Positions 21,453 to 34,445 of a DNA stretch of 64,000 nt are shown here, in pieces; the first letter of the stretch is position 1, and each line of letters starts with the position of its first letter. Source of the stretch: Utricularia gibba (Eukaryota > Plantae > Magnoliophyta). The position numbers were made by a program, and so were the translations under genes. The stretch lies in contig NEEC01000009.1 in NCBI GenBank assembly GCA_002189035.1, forward strand, positions 2,542,001 through 2,606,000. Reading direction: 5' to 3'. The notes under the pieces were generated by a model. It ran no database searches. It saw only the letters and a list, made by a program, of their open reading frames with translations, and was not told the origin of the DNA.

Positions 21453-22588
21453 ATGGAGGGAGGAGTTGATCGTGGGCATGAGGAGGAAGATTCGCCCACT
21501 CTGACAACTACGCCGGAAGACGCCGCGGACTCTGCGCTCCCAGACGACGAACGAATCCACGCTCCTGCAGTTAAAAAAAGGTCTGGTTTTTTAACAGCCC
21601 GTTTTGCCTTCGGGATCAATGAACACTACTTTTCTGACAGGAGGAGGGGAAGAGAGAAGAGGGTGGTGACGGTGCGGATGGACGTGGATGGATTGAGAAG
21701 TAAAACGGAGGTGCACCCGCCGCCGGATTCATGGTCGTGGCGGAAGTACGGTCAGAAGCCGATCAAGGGGTCTCCGTATCCACGGTAACTAGAAGATGTA
21801 ATGACAGTGGAATGAATAGAACCATCGAATATGAATGAGAGTAATAAGGGTTTAGAAAATGATGCAAGAATAATTGGAGATCATTAAATCCTCCTCCGTG
21901 GTGGCCGCCGGCGGTAGGTGGCGCGTCGGGTTTATAATTATTATTAGTTTTTATTTTTCATGACAGGGAATAAAAGGAAAATAGAGGCGGCTACCGGGGA
22001 CTAACTGTTTGTAATTGATGGCGAAATTATGCGAGTTGTTGACAAAAAAATAATAATAAAAAAACAATGTTTGGTCCCCACGCGCCGCCGCTTGTTTTTG
22101 TGGAATCTGCTCTGAGTAATTTTGCGTAATGAAACAGGGGATATTACCGGTGTAGCAGCTCCAAGGGTTGTCCGGCGAGGAAGCAAGTTGAACGGAGCCT
22201 CCATGACGCCACTGCACTGATGGTCACCTACTCCTGTGAGCACAACCACCCACTTCCGTCCGTCATCGTGAAACCGCACCGTCTCTCGCGCGCTCCGTCG
22301 CCGTCGTTTCCAGAATCCGCCTCGTCTTTGATTCAGGCGGAGAGGGATACGGCGGCCGCGGAAGATGGGTTCGCAGAGTTCTTGGGGGAGTTTGGGTGGG
22401 TTTGCGAAGTGGAGTCGACGATGATGACTGAGACAACATTTGTTGGGCCGTCGTGGGTAAATGCTGGCATGGAAATGTTTATGCCGATTGGAGAGGAAGA
22501 CAAACTTTTGTTTGGTGATCTGGGAGACCTGCCGGAGTATTCCATTGTTTTCCGGCGGTGTGTCAAGGAAACAGCTTTTTCTCGGTGA
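21453..22588 (+). CDS. WRKY: Group IIe WRKY transcription factor (WRKY65/69-like)
   Basis: Exons 21453-21580, 21641-21784, 22138-22588. [23 protein letters not shown]|[20 protein letters not shown]...YSCEHNH (C2H2), C-terminal [10 protein letters not shown]. Confidence 0.93.
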
Positions 22589-22839
22589 CTACGCAGAGAA
22601 AATGGCGAACATTCTTGAATTGTTTTACCTGATCATTTCCCCTGTTTTCCGACTGTAAAGAAGCTTTGTACTCGTCGGATTCTGCACCTGATGTGAAACA
22701 TACATTTCAGATTCAATGCTATATAATTCTCCGTCTGTTTATGCTGCTGTAAATACTCCTGTCTGTTCAAATTTGAGGGCAACAAGCATATTGTACGGGA
22801 GGAGAACCAGTAATGATTTTCTGATACAGAGACAATCAT

Positions 22840-25175
<2,336 letters not shown>

Positions 25176-25620
25176 TTAGCAGGAATCTCACAAAAAAAAA
25201 GCTAAATCTATCCATGTGCACCAAGCGACACTGTAATTTCAAGAGGCTACAATTTCTAATAACTTCAAAATTATACAGATGAAAGCAAAAACAACACTAC
25301 GAGGCTACTACACTTGTTATCTCAATACCCAGAAAGCAAAAATTAAGAAAAGACCCGATCGTTACAACAACCGATTTGAAGGGCTATCCGCGCAACAAGG
25401 GATTTCAACTTGGGTCACGGAAATCAGTACGTTATCACCAATGAACAACTCAAACGAGAAACCCAGATCACTCTGCGTGCAAATAATGGTGTAGCATAGT
25501 TGGATAATCAAGCAGCGCACCTGTGAGGAAGGAGATACTTGCAAGGAGAAGCAACAAAGATAAGAACTTCGAAGGGGGATCAACCAATTTAGAGACCCCG
25601 GATGTGGTTCGCAACAACAT

Positions 25621-25649
25621 ACGTGGCGTTATCCCACTTATCTGATTGG
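25621..25649 (-). promoter_or_regulatory. Light-responsive motif set upstream of FtsH (G-box-like ACGTGGC, I-box GATAAG, CCAAT)
   Basis: ACGTGGC at 25621, CTTATC at 25637, ATTGG at 25645. Motif presence only. Confidence 0.45.
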
Positions 25650-25986
25650 TTCGGTTCTCGGGCGTTCTAAAGCAATCGTCCTCAGAGTTTTTTTTTTTTT
25701 TTTTTCTCGGTGGATCTTTTTTTAGGTTCCCAATCACCGATTTTATTACCAGTTACCAGGAATCGAGTTCTAGAAGCTTCTATTTGATGATATTATCCAC
25801 ATAAATTTGTAATAATTTATTAATTAAAATACAAAAGACTGCAATAAATAAAATTGCAAATTCAAAAGTGAAAAACAAAACCTATATAGAGGCTAAATAA
25901 TTATTTATGTATATATTTTTGTAATTTTAAAATTAAAAGGGAAATACAAAATGCATTCTCAAAAATCAAAGCGGAAGGCAGGAGAC

Positions 25987-27892
25987 CTATCTCCGCCGGA
26001 GGAGGAGATGTGCCCCCATTTGGGGCTGAAGAGCCGCCAGCATCTCCGGCGCATGCGCATACGACGGAGAAACTTCGAAGGAGAACCTCTGGAGAATCAT
26101 GGCTAGCGCCATTTTAGCTTCCAACATGGCGAAGTTCTGGCCGACGCAGGTCCGCGGCCCGCTCCCGAAGGGGAAATACGTGAGCTGCCCTTTGGTGGCC
26201 TTGAATATACCCTCGCTGAACCTCTCCGGGTTGAATTCCTTGGCATCCTCGCCCCACACTCTGCAGTCATGTTGCATCATAATGGTGGGCAAGAAGACCT
26301 GAGCTCCGGCTGGTAGCGTTATGTTCTTGATGCGAGTTTCTTCCTGTACTATTCGGCTCAGCATTGTCGCCGCAGGGTATAGTCTCAAAACCTCGAAAAA
26401 GATCATGCTCATCTGCAATGCAACGTAAAGCTCAAGCCCCCGATTAGCTTCCTTGCTCTGTGTAAATGAACTTGAAGAAGAGTTTCTGTACTAAACACTT
26501 ACAACTTTGAGTTGGTTTAGTTGATGGAAATCAGGTTGATTGTCTCCGAGGACACCCAGAACCTCGTCTCGGGCTCGTTCTTGCCACTCGGGATTCTGCC
26601 CGAGCAGAATCATGGTCCAAACCAGGAGTGAGGAGGTTGTTTCCTGTCCAGCTATGTAGAAGAGCTTGCATTCATCAATCACTTCTGTCAAGGTGATGCC
26701 TGAATCGGTTCCGTGCTGCTTGATTTCTTTACTATTGGATTCTAACAAGATGCCCAGCAGATCATCCTGAGTCGCTTCTCCGGCTTCGATTTCTCGCAGT
26801 CGTTTGTTGATGACCCCGAGAATGCAGGAGTCTACTTCCCTCTTGATTTCTCTCATTCTTCTGTTATTCTTCGTTGGCAGGAATCTGATAGACCCATAAA
26901 TCAGATCAACAGAACAACACAGTCGTTTTTCAGATAATTTGATCATGATACCTCAAGCCTGGGATGAGAAGCATGTGAAAAGATTTCACCATGAGGCCAA
27001 GTTGCTCTTTTTGAAGCTCAAAAACTTTCTGCCCTTCTTCGTAACTGCTCCCAAATGCAGTTCGAGAAATAGCATCGCCTAACAGTGTCTGTAAATGAGG
27101 CCACACATCCAACTCAACTGATCCTTCACTAGGAACAATCTCATCCCATTTCCTCAGCATATCTGAACAGCTTTTGTAAAACGCGGGAAGCACAACCTGC
27201 ATCAGCATTACTCATAAACACAAAGGATACAGAACACACCATTTGCTTCTGAATGAAACCACAATTACCCGGAGCTTCTCTATGTGAAAAGCAGGGTTCA
27301 CTAGCTTTCTGTGTTTAGCCCATTTTTCACCATCATACAAAGCAACTCCCTGTGCAACTAATTTGGTTAAGGGGTTGCTTGTCTTGATAAAGGTGTAATT
27401 TTTCGCCAGAATCTCCTTCACCATCTCTGGATCCGATATTAGAACTGCAGGCTTAGTACCAAACCACATGAAGCTGTTGTCCCCTGCCGACATTCAAGGG
27501 ATTTGTCTGAAATTGGACATCTCAAAAATAACCAATAGTTTGCACCGAAATCAAGAAGAGCTTGGCCACTTTTTGCAACATGGGGAATCTAAATAAAGTC
27601 TAGCGAATCGAAGCCTACCGTAATTCGCAACTGTTTGATGAATAAACGGCATCACTCGGGGAACTACGTCATCTGAGAGGCTGATTGGAGCACGGAGTGC
27701 TTCCTTGGACATGGCGTCCATTTCCCGGAAGTCTCCGGTCAAGAACTTGTAGGGGTTCCCGCGGAAACCCATTTCTCTCAGAAGCTTCTCGTTTCGCCTT
27801 GGATCGAACCACACCCATTTCATGAATCGCCAGCACTGGTAAACAACCACAAAACCTAAAACCAGTGAAACTACAGCGTATATCAGTTCCAT
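25987..27892 (-). CDS. CYP72A: Cytochrome P450, CYP72A subfamily
   Basis: Five exons in the CYP72A pattern. [75 protein letters not shown] heme Cys. TATAAA near 27934. Confidence 0.94.
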
Positions 27893-30120
27893 TTTGTGCT
27901 TGCTTCCTTCTTTGGCCCTGCAGCACTCTTTATACCGCAATTCTGAAGCTAGATGTTTCTTGGGGACGAAGGTACCAGGAAGTCACGAACCCGCCATAGT
28001 CAAAAAACCCAGCCACATCAAGTTGTAGGTGTCCACGCCAAACACTTGATACAAGTTTTTTCCTACTGCACATATAACAAGACAATATTTTCCTTAACTT
28101 GCCAAGCAACCATAACCTGGGAATTAGGATGTATTAGAAAATTAATTACATTTATAATGGGTAAGAAAAATAATTATCGTATTTATAAAAAATTAATATT
28201 AATACGTAAGATAGAAAACCAAAATGTCTACTTTTCTAAATGATTCTCGTGACATATCATTGGTATAAAATTCCAAGTTGAATTACGTTTAGAATTGACT
28301 AATACATGATTCTTTTTAGGTTAAATCCAATAATTTTTTAATAAATAATTAAAAAATTAGAAATATTATATTTGAAAAATAATTTTTTATAATTAGATAA
28401 TTATTTTTATAATTAATTGAATTCGATTATAAAAAGAGAAAAGTTCAATTCGAAATTATAAATAAATCAAAAAATTGAATCAAATTCAATTTCAAAACCC
28501 TAGTCGTACGATAATTTTACTACATACATAAAATTGGTGCTTGGATGCTTAACATAATTTTTAGATTACCAACATAATACTGAGACTAAGGATGACCTAA
28601 GAAAAAAGTTGTGGTCTTGCCAGATGACTGACTTCAGCTATTTAACAAATGTTTTAATACAAGTTGTGGTGTTTCTTACCGCAACAAGTGAGATGAGGTA
28701 TGGGTATGCGACACCTCCTTGAAACTGCTAACTGGTAGGGACGAGTCTGGTTCGTGGAAGAAGGGCATTGGATGAGGCAGAATGCAGTTCTGAGAGTCAC
28801 ATGGATGAGGCAGAAGTCTTCCCCCTCGGGTCCAATCAGGACCTACAACGCATTATTCATGCCCCCCTCCTTTGTTTTGCATTTCAACAAAACAAATTTG
28901 AAGGCCCCCGTCGTTCATTGCTGGTATTTTAAAAAGGAAGAACTTATGGGTGGCGTCTTAAATGTGTAGTGGTGAGGATTCTGGTGTTTAAGGTTCAGGG
29001 CCATGTGCGTGTCTGTCCCCAGAAAGACAGGTGAACGTTTCTTGGACAAATTGTAGACTTTGAATGACCCAACACAGCTCTCTGTCCCTCCCCCTTCTTC
29101 ACACGAGTGACTAGCAGGGAGAGAGGGCTACTACACCTTTCTTGTGCGCCTGGTTTATGCTCTCAGTGTATGGCTTCCTCAAAGTTCATCTGTGGAAGTT
29201 ACGTTGTCCCGGTCAAGGGGACTAGGCCTTTATTTATACCCCACCAACGAGTAGAATGCCACCTGAGAAAGAAATGAATTGTTTTTGGTAAGCATATAAT
29301 GAACTCTGGTGGTAAGTGGCTAGTCTATGTAGGGGTGGCAGTTGTAGGGGAACATCTTATCCCTGCTGGGGGGGAGTTGGTAAAAGGCAAAAGAGGGCCA
29401 TTCAAAGTTGTGAAGGAGGTGGGAAGACTATCTGTAACCAGCACTTTGAGTTTAGTCTGTCCCTATGTCAATCAATGGAGAGCTTCTCGTTTGTAGTGCA
29501 GCACATAAACCAACCTCGTTATATTTTGTTCTCAGGCTGCAGGAGACAAGTGCAAAGGGGCGTTTGCCTCGAAAAACATTTCCACATTTCCTTCCTTCCC
29601 TCCCTCCCTCTCTCTGTATCTGCTTTCTGTGTTCTGTGTTATCTGTTGGAATCCCTTATAGAGAATTCTTCTCTCGGAATGTGAAAAAAATGAAGTTACC
29701 ATGGTGAAAATGTATGGAGTTCATTGATGGCACTGGATGTGGATGCAAACCTGCTGCCCCACGTCATTGAAAGCTCTCACCCGGACCTCGTGTGGGAGAA
29801 TGACTGGTGCCTGTTCACAGTGATGAATGCAGACCTATTTTTATGACACCATTCAAACATCCCTAACTGGAGTCAACTCAAGTGGGATCCATCACCTGCT
29901 GCTGCGCCCTTTCAAGTTTCAAAAAATGTTCAGGTTACTTGAGTTTTTGATTGATTCTCAAGCCAACTTCACTGCACTCCTTTTCTTGTCAACTTTGTGG
30001 CAAGATGTAAGGGGCTGATTTTAGACAAGCTCTGGTTTAAGTAACAGTATGTATAAATCACCACATCAAGCTTAAGATGGAATTAACCTGATGACTCGAG
30101 AAAAAGAATCATAGAGTTGT

Positions 30121-31482
30121 TCAGAATAGTAGTACTCTCAAGATGTGAAGAATGGAAGCAACGAAAATAAGTACAGTGCTCGAGCAAGACGATAACACAG
30201 CTTCAGAGTTGTGCCGTGGGGTCATGAGTTTGTCATTGCCACAAACACTTACACCAATATCAGCACCGTTTCCTGCAGAAGGACTCAAACACAGACCTGG
30301 ATTCCCACTGAGATCTAAGTTTTTTCCAAGCCGCTTCAGGAAGCTGGAGTTGAAAGGTACAACTCCATCCAGAAGGTTTCTGCTCAAGTTCAGGTGATAA
30401 ATGTGTGAAAGATCACCTAATCCCGGAGGAAGCTGCCCTGATAACTTATTGTTTTGCAATGAGAGAGTTGTAAGGTTTGTAAGCTGTGAATATGATGATG
30501 GGATTGAGCCAGAGTATCCAGAATTTGAGAGCCTGAGTTCTTGGAGTTTCTTCAGTTGCCCAAAGTTTACAGGGAGAGGAGCCAAAACTGGATTATCATC
30601 CATCAAAAAGTATTGTAAATTCTGCAAACCACTCAAAGAGTCGGAAAAATCACCAGATAAATTATTACTGCTCATAGCTAAGAAGACCAATGACTGAAGA
30701 TGCTGAAAAGTTTCTGGAATCGTTCCATTGAGAGAATTTGAGCTCAAGTCAAGCTTCTGGAGAAGTTTAAGGCTCCCCATTGAAGAAGGAATGAGACCCA
30801 TGAGCTTGTTATAGCTTAAATCAAGCCCCACAAGATTCACAAGATATCCCACTTGAACAGGGATTTCACCAGTGAGCGAATTGTAGCTCAAGTCAAGGTG
30901 CACAAGGGTTGTCATGCTGAAAACTTGAACTGGGATTTGGCCCGTAAGCCTATTCTGTGACAGTGTGAGGATCTGAAGTGATTTCAGGGAGGAAACAAGA
31001 GTTGGGATGACGCCAACAAGAGCAGAATTCGATCTCAAACTAAGCTGCTGCAATGGAGAAGTAAACTTCGCGTTTCCAGGAAACAGGATCTCAGTTGGGG
31101 ACTCAGTGAAACACTTGAAGATGAACAAAGACTCAAGATGTGGGAGATGGAAAATCTCTGAAGGGAATTTAGCTGAACTCTTGCATGAAGGATTTGGGAA
31201 GGTTCCAAAATCCAGCCTTGTGACATGAAAATGTGCATCACTTGAAGTGAATCTGCACTCAATTCCAGGCCAAGATGCGCCTGGTTGACAGGGATTTGGG
31301 TAAGATATTCTCCATTCCTGATCTGAAGACAAAGTTTCCATCACCTTGAAGAGCATTTCAAGCTCAACAGGATCCATTGAAGTAGATCCATTCTTGTTCT
31401 GCAGAGAGATGGAGAAGACAGGTGTGAGGAAACACAAACACAGCATACCAACGCGCACAAGCTGAAGGCTTGAAAAGATCAT
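30121..31482 (-). CDS. RLP29: LRR receptor-like protein (RLP29/PII-2-like), intronless
   Basis: Signal peptide from ATG 31482. N-cap PNPCQPGASWPGIEC..VTRLDFG..PNPSCKSSAKFP. About 10 plant extracellular LRRs (LxxLDLSxNxLxGxIP). Hydrophobic C-terminus and no kinase domain. Confidence 0.9.
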   Translation of the reverse strand: MIFSSLQLVRVGMLCLCFLTPVFSISLQNKNGSTSMDPVELEMLFKVMETLSSDQEWRISYPNPCQPGASWPGIECRFTSSDAHFHVTRLDFGTFPNPSCKSSAKFPSEIFHLPHLESLFIFKCFTESPTEILFPGNAKFTSPLQQLSLRSNSALVGVIPTLVSSLKSLQILTLSQNRLTGQIPVQVFSMTTLVHLDLSYNSLTGEIPVQVGYLVNLVGLDLSYNKLMGLIPSSMGSLKLLQKLDLSSNSLNGTIPETFQHLQSLVFLAMSSNNLSGDFSDSLSGLQNLQYFLMDDNPVLAPLPVNFGQLKKLQELRLSNSGYSGSIPSSYSQLTNLTTLSLQNNKLSGQLPPGLGDLSHIYHLNLSRNLLDGVVPFNSSFLKRLGKNLDLSGNPGLCLSPSAGNGADIGVSVCGNDKLMTPRHNSEAVLSSCSSTVLIFVASILHILRVLLF

Positions 31483-32305
31483 TTTTCTTTCTTGGAACAG
31501 GGAACCAAAGGTTTCTGCCAAAAGAGCGGTCTGAGAAATAAAATACAAATTGAATCTTGGGGACAAGAAAAATGAATGCGAAGTGAAAGGAAAAGAGAAA
31601 CAGTGTATTTAAGAAAGAAATGCAGCACAGATTGAAACGTGCGTGTGCAGAGAGGTGGAGATTTGATTGACATGATATGTGGGGTCGTGAAATTGATGTT
31701 TGCTTCTTTGTACTAGTGACTTTAACCACAGTGCCTCTGTCATAAAAGCAGACGCAGAAGAATATCAGATTAGTGACAAACAAGAGCTTAAACAAGTTTA
31801 GAACTGAATAAAGAGCTCTTACAGTTTCAGTTCATCTCTACTTCAATTTTTTTAGACAAAAAACTCATTTACGATCACCACCATTAATTTTTTTGTTCTG
31901 TTTATTGTTTTATACTTCAACGTTTGGTACTTTCAAAACCAAAACCGAACCACGATTGGCACCCCCCAAGTTAATCAGTTCCACAGACAGTGAGGTGGTT
32001 TTTGGTTCACAGCAAAATTTCACACCCCTGCAGCCGATCGATATACATCCTTCCGGTAGTTTCTGAATGCTGCATTGGCACAGATTTTAGGTCTGAAAAC
32101 CAAGAAACAACCACTCCTCATTCTGTAGCCAGGGAAGAACAAAACCAATAACACAAGCTATCAGAGCTAATATGATGTTGAGTTTGCTGCATTAGAAGAA
32201 TGAATTCGATAAATAGCAGACAATTAACAGATACCAAAAGATACGATAGCACCCACCTTGCAAACTAACTTGATTTCAGTTCACAAGTGAATGCTTATCC
32301 TGACT

Positions 32306-33748
32306 CTAGTTCCTGCTGAAATCTCGGTAAAATTCCAAAACCCTTGGGTGAGCTTTGATCTTGGAAGGATCAAGCCCAGAAAGCGAAAGTCCATCCAAGT
32401 TCCTCACTCGGGAGAGAGCTACATATACCATTCCAAAACCGAAAACTCGTTTGAGATCTGTGTGGACTTTGTCCAGTGTCATCCCTTGGCACTTGTGAAT
32501 GCTTAGAGCCCAGGCCAGAATGAGAGGTATCTGTATCCTTGTAGCGACAACCTTGTCCCCATCCATCACAACCCATTTCTCAGGTTCAACAAGCACTTTA
32601 AGGCCAGAGTCAAATTTCACCAAAGGTAATATATTTCCATGGGAGCACATTTCTTGTAAGTTGTGTTGCCCCTCAGAAAGTCGACAGAACTGAATAACTG
32701 TGCCAGTGGCGCCATTAACTAGTTTACGCCAAGGGCTTACATTCTTTACTAGCATCACCCTAGCACCGGCACAAAGTTCAAGTTCGCTGGGAGCAATGCC
32801 AGCATCAAGCTGCTTCCTCCAATTATTTTCACCAGCATCTTCAGCCTTATAAATATATACTTCCTTTTGCAAGCTCTGAAGTTTCTCTTTATTCAAATGG
32901 TTGACATCTTTAATCAATGGAAAGAGCCTTACAGCTGAAGGGTCTGGTTCATTACCAGAGCAGCACCCCTCCAAAAGCATCAAATCATCAGGATCAGACT
33001 CTCCCTTTCTTATCCCCGCAAGGATTCGAACAAGAAGGGGATCGGATTGCCTGAAAACTTTCGTAAGTTCTATTTGTAGATCAAAACTTCGTGACCAGCA
33101 ATCAGCCTCAAAAGCATAGATTCTCTTTACCCTCTCTTTTTTAGTTACAGGGGGCAACTGACAGAAGTCTCCGGCCGCAATCACCTGGAGGTTACCCCAA
33201 ATCCTATCCTCGCCGTCCACTCGCAATGACCGAGCAATGCACTCAAGGTTATCAAAAAGATCAGCACCAACCATGCTTATTTCATCAATGACTAGTGCCT
33301 TGGCCTTCTTCCATCTCCTGCGAGCTTGGCGATCCATTAGAACCCTCTCTAGCAAACCATCACGATTCAAATCACCTACGCCAATCCCAGAAAAAGAATG
33401 AAGGGTTTGCCCATTAAGAGCACAGGAAGCAACTCCAGTGGACGCAGTCACATAAACAGTAGACTTTCCATGAATCTTTTTGAGTTTCTTTATCACACTT
33501 TCGAGTAATAATGTTTTCCCCGTCCCAGCAGATCCTGTAATGAAAACAGACTTCCCATTCGAAACCGCATCCAGAACTTGTTTCTGTTCATCCGACCATT
33601 CTGTTTGAGGCCTTTTCAGGGCTTTGGAATCACCAACAGCAGATTTTTTCTTCTTACTGAACAAGTTGCCAGATTCTCTCTTCCTAAAGAAACCTGCCCA
33701 AGAACTATAATACCGACTAGTTTCCACCACACGCGCCAATAACTTCAT
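32306..33748 (-). CDS. PIF1: Pif1-family SF1B 5'-3' DNA helicase, 480 aa, intronless, no Rep domain
   Basis: Motif I GSAGTGKT, Ia TASTGVAS, II IDEISMV, III GDFCQLPPV, IV FRQSD, V AWALSIHKCQGMTLD, VI YVALSRV, plus GARVMLVKN..LVNGATG. Confidence 0.95.
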   Translation of the reverse strand: MKLLARVVETSRYYSSWAGFFRKRESGNLFSKKKKSAVGDSKALKRPQTEWSDEQKQVLDAVSNGKSVFITGSAGTGKTLLLESVIKKLKKIHGKSTVYVTASTGVASCALNGQTLHSFSGIGVGDLNRDGLLERVLMDRQARRRWKKAKALVIDEISMVGADLFDNLECIARSLRVDGEDRIWGNLQVIAAGDFCQLPPVTKKERVKRIYAFEADCWSRSFDLQIELTKVFRQSDPLLVRILAGIRKGESDPDDLMLLEGCCSGNEPDPSAVRLFPLIKDVNHLNKEKLQSLQKEVYIYKAEDAGENNWRKQLDAGIAPSELELCAGARVMLVKNVSPWRKLVNGATGTVIQFCRLSEGQHNLQEMCSHGNILPLVKFDSGLKVLVEPEKWVVMDGDKVVATRIQIPLILAWALSIHKCQGMTLDKVHTDLKRVFGFGMVYVALSRVRNLDGLSLSGLDPSKIKAHPRVLEFYRDFSRN

Positions 33749-34445
33749 GATTCAAACCTTAAGAAACCACAGAACTAAGCATATAGCTGCGGTACAAATA
33801 CCACCAATTCAGACTACAAGAAACTCCACCCAAAAAACAGGTACGACGAATCAAAAAATCCAACCCTGACATCGCCAGGTTGACGCAAGAAGCACAGTAC
33901 AGCAACTACCCAAGAGATACTCAGACTTCCCTCAGAATAAGGTTAAAGAACGACAAAATGAAGCGCACACAATGCCCGGTTCCGCCATTGGAGCATCAAG
34001 AACTCTCAAACGCTCACCAAAAGTGAGTTCCGGAGAGCAACTGCAATGTCGAATTCGGGCGTTCCCGTCTCCGAGAGAATATTATCTGCGTTAATTGGAC
34101 TCTCACACCCTTCAGGCCCAAAAAATTGGGCTACATCCAGGATAAGCCCTCAAGCCCTCGGCCAATAGACTACTATTTAGATATAATTTTTTTCATTTTT
34201 TTAGATATCAAATTCAAATTCAACATACATATACGATAATCAATATTTTGGTATTGAGTTAATATCCGGTGTGACTATTGAACTCCTGTTCTTAACCACC
34301 CTGTAACAAGTTTCCTATGTCAAATATCATATCTCAGGAAAGAGACTGAAGGCTAGACCTTCTTCCCTCTTCCTTGAGAGTTTTCAATTAGGCCTGCAAC
34401 CTGTAGTTCTATCGTACATACATACACATGATGGCACATCTAACT

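Noticed and set aside
32306-33748. Helitron interpretation of the Pif1 gene
   Set aside because: No Rep/HUH domain, no 3' hairpin-CTAG or 5' TC end found, and the motifs are of the compact cellular Pif1 type.
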